DNA of 64,000 nucleotides, taken from positions 7,333 to 71,332 of the forward strand of contig JAFGFA010000028.1 of the NCBI GenBank assembly GCA_016931275.1, written 5' to 3'. Positions 25,601-34,587 of the stretch are shown here, one piece after another. A model generated the notes under the pieces. It was not told where the DNA came from, did no database searches, and saw only the letters and a program-made list of their open reading frames with translations. Position numbers and translations under genes: made by a program. The first letter of the stretch is position 1; every line of letters begins with the position of its first letter. Source of the DNA: Parachlamydiales bacterium. Lineage in GTDB: Bacteria > Chlamydiota > Chlamydiia > Chlamydiales > SM23-39.

Positions 25601-26127
25601 ATACAGAGCTATATTCCAATACCGGAGGACAAGCCTCTAAAGCCACTCCAAAAGGTGCTGTGGCCAAATTTGCAGCCTCCGGGAAAAAAGGCGCTAAAAA
25701 AGATTTGGCCTATATGGCTATGAGCTACGGACACGCCTATGTGGCGCAAATAGCCCTTTTGGGAGATATGCAGCAGACCGTACGGACTCTGAAAGAAGCG
25801 GAAAGTTTCCCAGGGCCCTCGCTTGTTATTGCCTATGCGCCCTGCATTGCCCATGGAATTAAAGGAGGGCTGGAAGCCTCTATTCAAGAAGTGAAAAAAG
25901 CGTTGGAAGTAGGATATTGGATTAATTTCCGTTATGATCCTAGAAACGAAAAACCTTTAGTGATTGATTCGAAAGAACCGACTTTTGCCCTTGAAGAATT
26001 TTTGCAAAAAGAAAATCGATATAACTATCTTTTACGAACGCAGCCGGATAAGGCACAAAAGCTTCATGACGCTCTTAAAAAGGACCTTCAAAGAAGGTAT
26101 TTTCGCTTGAAAAATTCCTCTTTATAA
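22624..26127 (+). CDS. nifJ: Pyruvate:ferredoxin (flavodoxin) oxidoreductase, single-polypeptide homodimeric type
   Basis: 1167 aa. N-terminal YPITPSS, two 4Fe-4S ferredoxin motifs (CIQCNQCAFVCPH, CTGCGNCVAVCP), CAGCGETPY, and the TPP-binding GGDGWAYDIGFGGLDH. The probable true start is the ATG at 22651 (MKKNYKTLDGN). Confidence 0.92.
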   Translation: MERLDNRVFMKKNYKTLDGNSAAAHVAYAFSEICALYPITPSSTMGELIDEWSSQDRKNLFGTTVQVMEMQSEAGAAGTLHGALLGGAFASTFTASQGLLLMIPNMYKIAGELLPTVFHVSARALAGHALCIFGDHQDVMAARSTGFCQIASGSVQEIMDLALVAHLATLRASLPFLHFFDGFRTSHEIQKIEVISYEQMASLLDRKSIERHRALSLNPSAPKIRGTAQNPDVYFQSLEAANRFYLDVPAIVEEEMEKISGLTGRSYHLFDYEGPGDATDCIVIMGSATQTVEETIRYLQKKNQKIGLLKVRLFRPFSAEHFLRVLPKSVQRIAVLDRTKEGGALGQPLYLDVLAAVNTSSHKRTVVGGRYGLGQKEFTPSMVQAVLDNLLQKEPKNNFSVGIEDDVTFSSLPMDQCLLTCQQCVQCKFYGLGGDGTVGANKEAIKIIGDYTEKYVQGYFSYDSKKSSGLTVSHLRFSEQPILSSYLIQEPDYVACHHPSFISKIDLLEGMKKGGVFLLNAPWNREEIERVFPDNLKREIAEKEVSLFLIDATGLAKELGLGGRINTIMQAVFFFLVPIIPFEEAMVLLQKSVEKAYGKKGTAIVDMNKKAIQKAIEYVHQIECPAHWASLNVSEEKISDSSDFIKNVACTVNMGKGDTLPVSAFSPGGIFMTATTKYEKRAIATQLPEWIADKCIQCNQCAFVCPHAAIRPVLQKQEELSSDYPTLPAMGKGMEDYRYSIAIDPYDCTGCGNCVAVCPAAKGKALELKSAEEVFSKEKKFWDHAATLPVRSEFMNKFSVKGSQFRQPFLEFSGACAGCGETPYVKLITQLFGPRVVIANATGCSSIWGGSFPSFPWAVNTKGEGPAWANSLFEDNAEFGLGMHLAMQFRKNELKTFVQKTIAEENDMSFKELLERWMNTHDDKEANTLVADEIMKFLDHHQDRYHDMQDRKDLFYPSSLWILGGDGWAYDIGFGGLDHVLSLQEKSNILVLDTELYSNTGGQASKATPKGAVAKFAASGKKGAKKDLAYMAMSYGHAYVAQIALLGDMQQTVRTLKEAESFPGPSLVIAYAPCIAHGIKGGLEASIQEVKKALEVGYWINFRYDPRNEKPLVIDSKEPTFALEEFLQKENRYNYLLRTQPDKAQKLHDALKKDLQRRYFRLKNSSL

Positions 26128-26185
26128 ATAATTTAATGAGAGTTTCTTGTAGAAATCTTGAAGATTTTCTTGACGTCTTCCTTTT

Positions 26186-29100
26186 TTGGCCGATATAGTA
26201 AAAAGTACTATGTCTTGGGTTCCTTTACATGTGCATTCTCAATATTCAATTTTAGACTCCACTATATCTATTAAAGCGTTGGCCAAAAAAGCGCAAGAAA
26301 TGGAGTTTTCCTCAGTGGCGCTTACAGATAGCGGCAATATGCATGGGGTGGTCGAGTTTTACAAAACCCTAAGAGGAAAAGGAATCAAACCCATTATTGG
26401 ATGTGAATTGTCCATGGCGCCCACTTCTCGCCATGAAAAGAAGAAAATTGTAAAAAGAGCGACTTCCTATCCCCTTATTTTATTGGTGAAGGATAAAAAC
26501 GGATATCAGAATTTGTGTCAGCTCTCGTCTATTGGCTATATTGAAGGATTTTATTATCGTCCCCGCATTGATAAAGAAGTATTGGAAAAATATCGGGAAG
26601 GATTGATTTGCCTTTCCGGACCTTATCATGCTTTTATAGCCCAGAGTATTATTCAGGGAGAAGAAGAGGAGGCGGAACAAGAGGTCCTTTGGCTTCGTCA
26701 GATTTTCGGAGATGATTTTTATCTCGAATTGCAAAGGCATCCTATGACGGAAGCGCATTTGCAGAAAGATGGGATGACTAAAGAGCCATGGCGTATGCAG
26801 CGCTATCAAGAATTTATCCAAAAACAGGACTTGGTCAATCAATATCTCGGAACGCTATCTCAAAAATATTCCATTCCTTGTGTCGCTACTAATGATGCGC
26901 ATTATTTGGAACGGGAAGATTTCTATGGTCATGAAATATTATTAAATGTTGCTTCTGGAGAGACTTGCGAGATATGGGAGAGGGATTCTCAGGGAAAACC
27001 TTTGCGTCTGATCCCTAATCCTAAAAGAAAGACTTATGCAAGTCATGAATTTTATTGTAAGTCTTCTCAAGAAATGCAAGAGCTTTTTGCCGATTGTCCC
27101 GAAGCATTGGCTGTATCAGTGGCCATTGCTCAAAAATGTAATTTCGAATTTGACTTTTCTAAAAAACATTATCCTTCCTATGCCCTTCCTGACGAAGAGA
27201 ATTCGACAGGGACAAAACAAGAGAGAAAAAAAAGGGTGGAGGATCATTTGCATACGTTATGCAAAAATGCGTTGCCTCTGCGATATAAGGAAAAAGATCT
27301 GCAAGAGATTGCAAGACAATATCCGGACAAAGATCCCAAGCGTGTTATTGAAGAGCGAGTCGAATATGAATTTCATATTATTAGCAGTAAAGGGATGTGT
27401 GATTATTTATTGATTGTTTACGATTTTATTGCATGGGCCAAAAAGAATAATATTCCCGTAGGTCCTGGTAGGGGGTCTGCAGCAGGATCTATTTTATGTT
27501 ATCTTCTAGGGATTACCGATATAGAACCTCTTCGTTTTCATCTTTTTTTTGAGCGGTTTATCAATCCAGAACGTCTTTCTTATCCTGATATCGATGTGGA
27601 CATTTGTATGGATAGACGTCAGGAGGTGATTGATTATACTATTGCTAAATATGGGAAAGATCGTGTAGCGCAAATCATAACCTTCGGTACTATGAAGGCG
27701 AAAATGGCTATTAGAGATGTAGGGCGTGTGCTCAACATTCCTTTGTCCAAGGTGAATGCGATTGCAAAACTTGTTCCGGAAGATCCCACGATTACCCTGG
27801 AAAAAGCCTTGAAATTAGATCCCGAGCTTAAAGAATTGTATGAGCGCGATCATGAGGCTAAAAGAATTTTAGATGTTGCCAAAGCGATAGAAGGATCCAT
27901 TCGCAATACTTCTACCCATGCCGCAGGTGTGATTATTTCTGCCAACCCTATTACAGAACATGTTCCGGTTTGTTTTGCGAAAGATGCCGATATGGTGGTA
28001 ACGCAATATTCGATGAAACCTGTTGAACAGGTGGGAATGCTAAAAATCGATTTTTTAGGATTGAAGACATTAACCTCCATTCAGCAGGCGGTTCATTTTA
28101 TAGAAAAAAATACTCGGCAACAGATTGATTGGAACCGTTTACCGTTAGATGATCCAGATACGTTTGCTTTATTAAATCAGGGAAAAACGTCAGGAGTTTT
28201 TCAGTTAGAGTCTGCGGGTATGCAGGAATTGGCAAAACAACTCCATATCGATCGTTTTGAAGAGATTATTGCTGTCGGTGCACTATATCGCCCCGGCCCT
28301 ATGGACATGATTCCTTCTTTTATTCAACGAAAGCATAAGAGGGAAAAAATCGAAATAGAACATCCTTTGATGCATGATATCTTGGAGGAGACATATGGTG
28401 TGATGGTCTATCAAGAGCAGGTGATGCAAATAGCAAGCGTATTAGCCGGCTATTCTTTAGGGGAAGGGGATGTTCTTCGAAGGGCTATTGGAAAAAAAGA
28501 TCGTAAAGAGATGCTCCTGCAGAGAGAAAAGTTTATGCAAGGAGCCTTGAAACATGATATAGCGGAAGATGTTGCCGGAGCTATTTTTGATAAAATTGAA
28601 AAATTTGCTTCTTATGGTTTTAACAAATCTCACGCGGCCGCTTATGCCTATCTCTCTTATGTGACCGCCTATCTAAAAGCCCATTACCCTCATGAGTGGA
28701 TGGCCGCTCTTTTAACCTGCGACCGTGATGATATTTCCAAGGTAGCAAAGTATATTCGAGAATGCCGTAGTTTAGGAATCGCTATTTTACCGCCGGATAT
28801 TAATGAAGCTACGTTGGAGTTCTCCCCGACAAAGGAAGGGATTCGTTTTGCGATGACGGCCATTAAGGGAATGGGAGAGGGCATTGTAGAATCGATCATG
28901 AAGAAAAGACAAGAACATGGCCCTTTTTCTTCCTTGTATGATTTTATTTCCCATGTTGATACGACTACAATAGGAAAAAAAGCGATTGAACTTCTGATTG
29001 ATGCCGGAGCTTTTGATGCCACTCAATGGAGTCGTGATCAACTAAGGGAAAGTGTCGATGCAATGTATGAGGAGGTATCTCGACAACAACAGGAAAGCAG

Positions 29101-29908
29101 TCAGGGTGTCTTGAATTTCTTTTCTCTTCTGGATCAAAAAGATCGCTTTACAGAGCCTCCTCAAGTTGTTCATGCAACAAGAGAAGTAGATAAATTGCGC
29201 CGTGAGAAAGAGCTTTTAGGGTTTTACTTAACAGGACATCCTATGAAAGCCTATGAAAAAATACTTAAAAAATTATCGTGCATCCCTTTAAAGGAAATCG
29301 AAAAATGTCCTCTTGATAACGCGGTTGTACGCGTGGCGTTTGTCATTGACGAAGTAAAGTTTAAAATCGCTTCCAAAACTCAGAAAAAATTTGCAATTAT
29401 CACAATTAGTGATGGAGAAGAACGTTTAGAGCTCCCTGTATGGTCGGATCTTTATGAAGAAGTGGCACCTCTTTTAACAGAAAATTCTTTGCTTTACGGC
29501 ATCATTCAGATGGAGAGAAAAGATCATCATCTACGGTTGAATGTACGTCGTCTTTTTGATTTGACGAAGATCGATGATGCCATGATTCCTCAATTGGAAG
29601 GATTTGTCGATAAATTAAAAGAAGTTCCTTTGCGGAAAAAAAATTTTACTGCATCTCAAAAAGAGTTGGGACCTGCATTGTTGCATCTTAAAATTAATGC
29701 TGATGCGATCAGCTTTTCTCATATTCTTTTATTGAAAAAATTATTTCGAAGTCATCCCGGACAGACTGAAGTAACTCTTTCTTATTTTGCAGGTCAAAAA
29801 AGCATAGGAACCATTCATATCGGGAAAGATTGGGGAGTGGCTGTTCAGGAAGATCTGCAAAGAAAAATTTTAGAGATTCCGGGCATTGAAGAAGTGCGTG
29901 CGCAATAA
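26186..29908 (+). CDS. dnaE: DNA polymerase III alpha subunit
   Basis: 1240 aa with the PHP domain (PLHVHSQYSILDS), polymerase core (GPGRGSAAGS, PDIDVDI) and a C-terminal OB region. The start is either the TTG at 26186 or the ATG at 26210. Confidence 0.95.
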   Translation: MADIVKSTMSWVPLHVHSQYSILDSTISIKALAKKAQEMEFSSVALTDSGNMHGVVEFYKTLRGKGIKPIIGCELSMAPTSRHEKKKIVKRATSYPLILLVKDKNGYQNLCQLSSIGYIEGFYYRPRIDKEVLEKYREGLICLSGPYHAFIAQSIIQGEEEEAEQEVLWLRQIFGDDFYLELQRHPMTEAHLQKDGMTKEPWRMQRYQEFIQKQDLVNQYLGTLSQKYSIPCVATNDAHYLEREDFYGHEILLNVASGETCEIWERDSQGKPLRLIPNPKRKTYASHEFYCKSSQEMQELFADCPEALAVSVAIAQKCNFEFDFSKKHYPSYALPDEENSTGTKQERKKRVEDHLHTLCKNALPLRYKEKDLQEIARQYPDKDPKRVIEERVEYEFHIISSKGMCDYLLIVYDFIAWAKKNNIPVGPGRGSAAGSILCYLLGITDIEPLRFHLFFERFINPERLSYPDIDVDICMDRRQEVIDYTIAKYGKDRVAQIITFGTMKAKMAIRDVGRVLNIPLSKVNAIAKLVPEDPTITLEKALKLDPELKELYERDHEAKRILDVAKAIEGSIRNTSTHAAGVIISANPITEHVPVCFAKDADMVVTQYSMKPVEQVGMLKIDFLGLKTLTSIQQAVHFIEKNTRQQIDWNRLPLDDPDTFALLNQGKTSGVFQLESAGMQELAKQLHIDRFEEIIAVGALYRPGPMDMIPSFIQRKHKREKIEIEHPLMHDILEETYGVMVYQEQVMQIASVLAGYSLGEGDVLRRAIGKKDRKEMLLQREKFMQGALKHDIAEDVAGAIFDKIEKFASYGFNKSHAAAYAYLSYVTAYLKAHYPHEWMAALLTCDRDDISKVAKYIRECRSLGIAILPPDINEATLEFSPTKEGIRFAMTAIKGMGEGIVESIMKKRQEHGPFSSLYDFISHVDTTTIGKKAIELLIDAGAFDATQWSRDQLRESVDAMYEEVSRQQQESSQGVLNFFSLLDQKDRFTEPPQVVHATREVDKLRREKELLGFYLTGHPMKAYEKILKKLSCIPLKEIEKCPLDNAVVRVAFVIDEVKFKIASKTQKKFAIITISDGEERLELPVWSDLYEEVAPLLTENSLLYGIIQMERKDHHLRLNVRRLFDLTKIDDAMIPQLEGFVDKLKEVPLRKKNFTASQKELGPALLHLKINADAISFSHILLLKKLFRSHPGQTEVTLSYFAGQKSIGTIHIGKDWGVAVQEDLQRKILEIPGIEEVRAQ

Positions 29909-30084
29909 TGTAATCCATTTTTCTGGTTTCACAAAACAGAGAAGCTTGCTTTCTCCCTTCTTTAGAGTCTTCTCAGTTAGAGAGAGGAAGAATATCTGGA
30001 TGGGCTCAATAGCTTCTTTTCCTTGACAGAATATGAAAATTCCATTAGCGTTTTTTTGATTTTTATCAGAGCTTAAGAGATGAT

Positions 30085-30990
30085 ATGATACGATATATTT
30101 TAATGATTTTTGTGCCTTGTTTTTTTGTCCTGGCAGCTCCAACAAATGTTACAGTGGAAAATGCATTTGAAAGGGTTGTTCAGACATATCAAGAAAAAAA
30201 ATGGAATGAGTTATTAACAACATCCAAAAGGATAGTACAAGAGTATGCCCATACATCGTTTGCTGACGAGGCTCTTTTCTATCAGGGAGTAGCGTATTTT
30301 CATTTAAAAAATTATGAAAGAGCCAACCATTTTTTTTCGAGATTTTTGAAATCTAAATCGGCCGCAAACCATTTTGAAGAATCTCTTTCCTATAAGTATC
30401 ATATTGCGGAAGCCTACAAAGTCGGAGTGCGCAAACATCTTTTTGGGGTAAGTTCTTTTCCCAAGTGGGTGGGAGGTAAAGAGGATGCTATACAAATTTT
30501 TGATGAATTGATTCGAGCGCTTCCTCAAGATGATCTCGCTGCAAAGGCCCTTTTTTCGAAAGGGGAGATTTTATTGACCACCGGAGAATATGATGAGAGC
30601 TTAGAAGTATATCAAGAGTTGCTTCGAAGATTTCCGTCTCATGATCTCGCCGTAGAATCTTATTTGAATATCGGACGTATTTATCTAGAGAAGATTGATT
30701 CCAAGCAGCAAGATGAGAGTTTATTACATTTGGCCCAATTAAACTACGAACGATTTGCAACGGCTTTTCCTCACGAAAAACGATTGGAAGATGCTAAAAA
30801 AATGATTTTCGATATGCAACAAAAATATGCCGACGGTCTTTATGAAATTGGCCGTTTTTACGAAAGAACCAAAAAAAAATCGGCGGCCGGTCTTTATTAT
30901 GAAAGAGTAGTGCAACAATTTCCAGAGACTAAAGCAGCCCGTTTATCTCAGATGCGTTTAAAAAAAATAGGCTTATCTAATAAACAATGA
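30085..30990 (+). CDS. bamD: TPR-repeat outer-membrane assembly lipoprotein, BamD/YfiO-like
   Basis: 301 aa with an N-terminal signal and repeated TPR-like helices (ALFYQGVAYFHLKNYERANHFFSRFL; ALFSKGEILLTTGEYDESLEVYQELLRRFPSHDL; YEIGRFYERTKKKSAAGLYYERVVQQFPET). Confidence 0.5.
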   Translation: MIRYILMIFVPCFFVLAAPTNVTVENAFERVVQTYQEKKWNELLTTSKRIVQEYAHTSFADEALFYQGVAYFHLKNYERANHFFSRFLKSKSAANHFEESLSYKYHIAEAYKVGVRKHLFGVSSFPKWVGGKEDAIQIFDELIRALPQDDLAAKALFSKGEILLTTGEYDESLEVYQELLRRFPSHDLAVESYLNIGRIYLEKIDSKQQDESLLHLAQLNYERFATAFPHEKRLEDAKKMIFDMQQKYADGLYEIGRFYERTKKKSAAGLYYERVVQQFPETKAARLSQMRLKKIGLSNKQ

Positions 30991-31577
30991 AACATGTTTT
31001 TGCCTTACTCTTTTTTTTTGTCGCCGGATGCGGTTATTATTCTCCTTCTTCTCAAGTTTCTATTCAGGTTCCTTATATTGAGGGAGATCATAAAGGGCTT
31101 TTAACTCAGGAGCTGATTTATCAACTATCTTCCTCGGGATATTTTACTTATTCTACAGGCAGGAATGCTTACCGACTGGATGTTAAGCTCCTGGATAAAT
31201 CTCATAATCAGATAGGATATCGTCATGATCGGGAGAAAGCGCAGAAAAAGAGGAAAAATGTTGTAGCTACAGAAGGAAGAGAGGTTCTTGTCGCTGAAGT
31301 AACTCTGTTGAATGCGGATGGGGAAACTCTTTTGGGTCCGATCAATGTGTCGGCGGATATAGATTATGATTATATCGATCAAAATGCGCTTGCTGATCTG
31401 GCGTTTATTGATTCCTCAGGGCAACAACGATCGGTCTTATCCTTTTCTCTTGGACAACTAGAAGGAATCGATGCGGCACAAGCAGCAGCAGAACTTCCTC
31501 TTTATCATAGTCTAGCAAAAAAAATTATAGAGACGTTGATGGAACAAGGTAACAGGGATGATCTCGTTATTTTTTAG
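30987..31577 (+). CDS. Lipoprotein, possibly LptE-like
   Basis: 196 aa with a lipobox (FFFVAGC) and an LptE-like size and position after the BamD-like gene. Similarity was judged only by eye. Confidence 0.4.
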   Translation: MKHVFALLFFFVAGCGYYSPSSQVSIQVPYIEGDHKGLLTQELIYQLSSSGYFTYSTGRNAYRLDVKLLDKSHNQIGYRHDREKAQKKRKNVVATEGREVLVAEVTLLNADGETLLGPINVSADIDYDYIDQNALADLAFIDSSGQQRSVLSFSLGQLEGIDAAQAAAELPLYHSLAKKIIETLMEQGNRDDLVIF

Positions 31578-31986
31578 AAGAAATGCCAAGTCTTGCTCTG
31601 CGAAACTTTCTTGTCTTCGATCGATGCTTTTGTGGATTCGTAAAAAAGCAAAAAATGCAGGCTTTAATGATTCTGAAACAAAAAAAATTGAACTTGTTTG
31701 TGAAGAGGCTTTAGTCAATATTATTCGTCATGCGTATAAATCTCGAAGAGGGAAAATTGAGATTCATACGAGGAAAAAAAGAGAATATTTTGATATTGTC
31801 ATTAAAGATCAAGGACCTTTTTTTAACCCCTTGTATCAAAACAGATCGATTGATTATTCTGCCTCTCTTGAACAGAGAAAAGCGGGAGGATTAGGCATTT
31901 TACTGATGTGCCAATATATGGATAAAATTGATTATCATCGGGAAGATCCCTATAACATTTTAATTTTGCATAAAAAAATTTATTGA
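31558..31986 (+). CDS. rsbW: Anti-sigma factor serine kinase, RsbW-like (HATPase_c)
   Basis: 142 aa with the N-box EEALVNIIRHAY and G-box GGLGILLM. Its size and its context upstream of dacC match the chlamydial rsbW. Confidence 0.75.
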   Translation: MISLFFRRNAKSCSAKLSCLRSMLLWIRKKAKNAGFNDSETKKIELVCEEALVNIIRHAYKSRRGKIEIHTRKKREYFDIVIKDQGPFFNPLYQNRSIDYSASLEQRKAGGLGILLMCQYMDKIDYHREDPYNILILHKKIY

Positions 31987-32411
31987 TCGTGTTCGAACGC
32001 TGTCAAGGTTGCTTCCGTCTCTAACATATCTAATAGAAAATGCTGTAATACTTTTAAGACATATTTGGGTGTGTTATATACCCCTGATGTGGTGAAAACC
32101 ACTTCAAAGGAGGGCTTTTTGTTATTGATAGAAGCGATCAAAACATAGGTGATAGGAATATCCTGTTCCATTTTGGGAACGATCCATATCAGAAATTGCT
32201 CATTAAACAGGGTCACTTTTTCGGCACTTTCTAAAACATGAAAATACTGCGTTAAATCATCAGGTTCTTCGTAGGCTTTATGTAAATCTTTTAATAATCC
32301 CAATTCGTTTAATAGAGTTAAGTCAACATTAATAATTCCATCGTGAGCAATATTGTTTAAATCTTTACTATATTCTCTAAAACAATCCTCTATTTCCATG
32401 GGATTAAGCAT
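31980..32411 (-). CDS. Hypothetical small acidic protein
   Basis: 143-aa ORF between rsbW and dacC, the position of a conserved hypothetical gene in Chlamydia as I recall. No motif recognised. Confidence 0.45.
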   Translation of the reverse strand: MLNPMEIEDCFREYSKDLNNIAHDGIINVDLTLLNELGLLKDLHKAYEEPDDLTQYFHVLESAEKVTLFNEQFLIWIVPKMEQDIPITYVLIASINNKKPSFEVVFTTSGVYNTPKYVLKVLQHFLLDMLETEATLTAFEHDQ

Positions 32412-32568
32412 ATAATTAATAAACCTCTTTTTATTACGTCCCTTATTATTATTGTAAGATTAAAAAAAAGTTCTGTCAAGAAGAGTAATAAAAATTGAGG
32501 AAGGATAATATTATTTTTTTGATTATTAATTACTTGTGAAGAACATGTCTTGAGACTATGAAAGCTGC

Positions 32569-33792
32569 TTGTCAACTTTTATTCTTTCCCCTACAATAAA
32601 AAAAATGTGGAAATGGTTCTTTTTATTAGTTGTTTTTTCTTCTATCTATGCCCAAAAAATTGATATTTCCGTGGCTGCTGAAGGGGCCATCTTAATCAAT
32701 CCCCATAATCAGAAAGTTCTTTTTGCTAAAAATGAGCAGGAACCCTTTTTTCCGGCAAGTATTACCAAGATCGCTACTTTTATATATATTCTTGATAATG
32801 AGCACTTTGATCCGGAAGCAATTGCGATAGCTTCTCATAAAGCCCTTACTTATGTGGCGCCAAGACAAAAACAGGAGGGTCAGTATCAACTTCCTCCTTA
32901 TTGGCTTGAGACGGATGGATCTTCGTTAGGCTTGAAGCCTTTCGAGAGGATGCCCATCAAAGATCTTCTCTATGCGCTGATGCTGCGATCCGGCAATGAT
33001 GCTGCGAATGTTTTAGCGGAAAATTGTGCAGGTTCTATTGATGTTTTTATGAATGGAGTCAATCAGTATCTGGCACATTTGGGTTGCACTTCAACGCATT
33101 TTGATAATCCGCATGGATTGCATTTTCCTACCCATCAAACGACAGCACGGGATATGAGCCTGATTATGGCAAAGGCATTGACAATTCCCTTTTTTAGAGA
33201 GATTGTATCTAGTGAGTCCTATTTGATCGCGCCTACCAATATGGAAGAGAAAAGAACCATTAAGCAATATAATCGTTTATTGAAGAAAGGAAAATACCAT
33301 TATCCATGGGCGATAGGGGGTAAGACCGGATATCATTCCAAGGCGAGATATAATCTTGTTGTTGCGGCAGAAAAAGACGGAAGGATGCTTATAGCTGTTT
33401 TATTAAACGAGCCTTCTTCAGAACTTTGCTATAAAGATGCAATAGCACTTTTTGATCGTGCTTTTTCAGAAACAAAGAAGCATAAACTTTTATGGGATAC
33501 CGAAAAAATATTTACAGTAAAAATAGTGGGAGCGACGGCTCTTTTGGAAGCATCGCCCTCTTTACCGGTGTCCTATAGTTATTTTGCTTCGGAAGAACCT
33601 CAAATTTTTGCATCGATTGCTTGGCAGAATGTCGCTCTTCCTATACGAAAAGGGCAGGAAGTTGGGGTGATTCGCATTCACGATGAGAATAATATTTTGC
33701 TGGTATCTATGCCACTTCTTGCAAAAAGCTCTCTTGAGCCTCATTGGCTGTCCCGCTTAGGGCTGTTTTTCTCGAATCTTTTGAAACAGTAA
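32569..33792 (+). CDS. dacC: D-alanyl-D-alanine carboxypeptidase (low-molecular-weight PBP, peptidase S11)
   Basis: SxxK (SITKIAT), SxN (SGND) and KTG (GGKTGY) motifs in the correct order. The signal peptide probably starts at M13 (ATG 32605). Confidence 0.88.
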   Translation: MSTFILSPTIKKMWKWFFLLVVFSSIYAQKIDISVAAEGAILINPHNQKVLFAKNEQEPFFPASITKIATFIYILDNEHFDPEAIAIASHKALTYVAPRQKQEGQYQLPPYWLETDGSSLGLKPFERMPIKDLLYALMLRSGNDAANVLAENCAGSIDVFMNGVNQYLAHLGCTSTHFDNPHGLHFPTHQTTARDMSLIMAKALTIPFFREIVSSESYLIAPTNMEEKRTIKQYNRLLKKGKYHYPWAIGGKTGYHSKARYNLVVAAEKDGRMLIAVLLNEPSSELCYKDAIALFDRAFSETKKHKLLWDTEKIFTVKIVGATALLEASPSLPVSYSYFASEEPQIFASIAWQNVALPIRKGQEVGVIRIHDENNILLVSMPLLAKSSLEPHWLSRLGLFFSNLLKQ

Positions 33793-34587
33793 TCGAAGTT
33801 CTTCTAAAGAACATTCTTCCGGCCGTGCTGTAAGGGATAGCTGTAATGTGCGTAACGCCTCTTTTATTGTTTCCTCAGAATAGAGTTTTTTTAATATGGA
33901 AACGATCTGTTTTCTCCTTTGATGAAAAAGAGTTCGGACCATGAGAAAAAAATCTTCCTTATGATCATCTTCGGATAGATTTTTGATATCCAGATGGATA
34001 AAAGAAGAAGTTACGCGAGGACGGGGAAAAAAGCAATGAGGAGAGATATCGAATAAATAATGAACGGTTGCATGGTACTGCACAAAAATGGAAAAAGAAG
34101 AATATGTTTTGGTGTGCGGTTGCGCCGCCATTCGTTCAGCAACCTCTTTTTGAACAATAAAAGACATAGAATCAAAAAGATACGAAAAAGAAAGCAACTT
34201 GATGATAATAGGTGCGGCAATATGATAGGGAAGGTTGGAGATCACTTTCATTTTTTTATTGTAATGCTGAAGAGACTCTAAGGGAAATTGAAGAAAATCC
34301 CCCTCATACACGGTAATGGTATTGCCTAAAGAACGTAGATGGGGAATGAGCTGATGGTCTTTTTCAACGGCAATAATATGGGCTCCTCTATGGCACATGG
34401 CCTCTGTCATGACCCCTAATCCAGGACCGATCTCTAGGATAAGATCATCAGGAGAAATTTTTGCACTCTGTACTATTTTGAAAACAATATTTCCATCAAT
34501 AAGAAAATTTTGGGAGAGTCTTTTTTTGGGGACAACGTTCAATTGCTGGAGTAATGCTTGAACTTCCGTGGGACGATATAGGGGCAT
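33757..34587 (-). CDS. rsmA: 16S rRNA (adenine1518/1519-N6)-dimethyltransferase
   Basis: 276 aa with LSQNFLID, the SAM-binding site EIGPGLGVMT and the NLPYHI motif of KsgA/RsmA. Confidence 0.92.
   Translation of the reverse strand: MPLYRPTEVQALLQQLNVVPKKRLSQNFLIDGNIVFKIVQSAKISPDDLILEIGPGLGVMTEAMCHRGAHIIAVEKDHQLIPHLRSLGNTITVYEGDFLQFPLESLQHYNKKMKVISNLPYHIAAPIIIKLLSFSYLFDSMSFIVQKEVAERMAAQPHTKTYSSFSIFVQYHATVHYLFDISPHCFFPRPRVTSSFIHLDIKNLSEDDHKEDFFLMVRTLFHQRRKQIVSILKKLYSEETIKEALRTLQLSLTARPEECSLEELRLLFQKIREKQP

Noticed and set aside
26186-29908. Possible intein or insertion in dnaE (1240 aa)
   Set aside because: The length is within the normal DnaE range, the conserved blocks follow each other without an extra ~150-400-aa insert, and no intein splice-junction motifs were seen.
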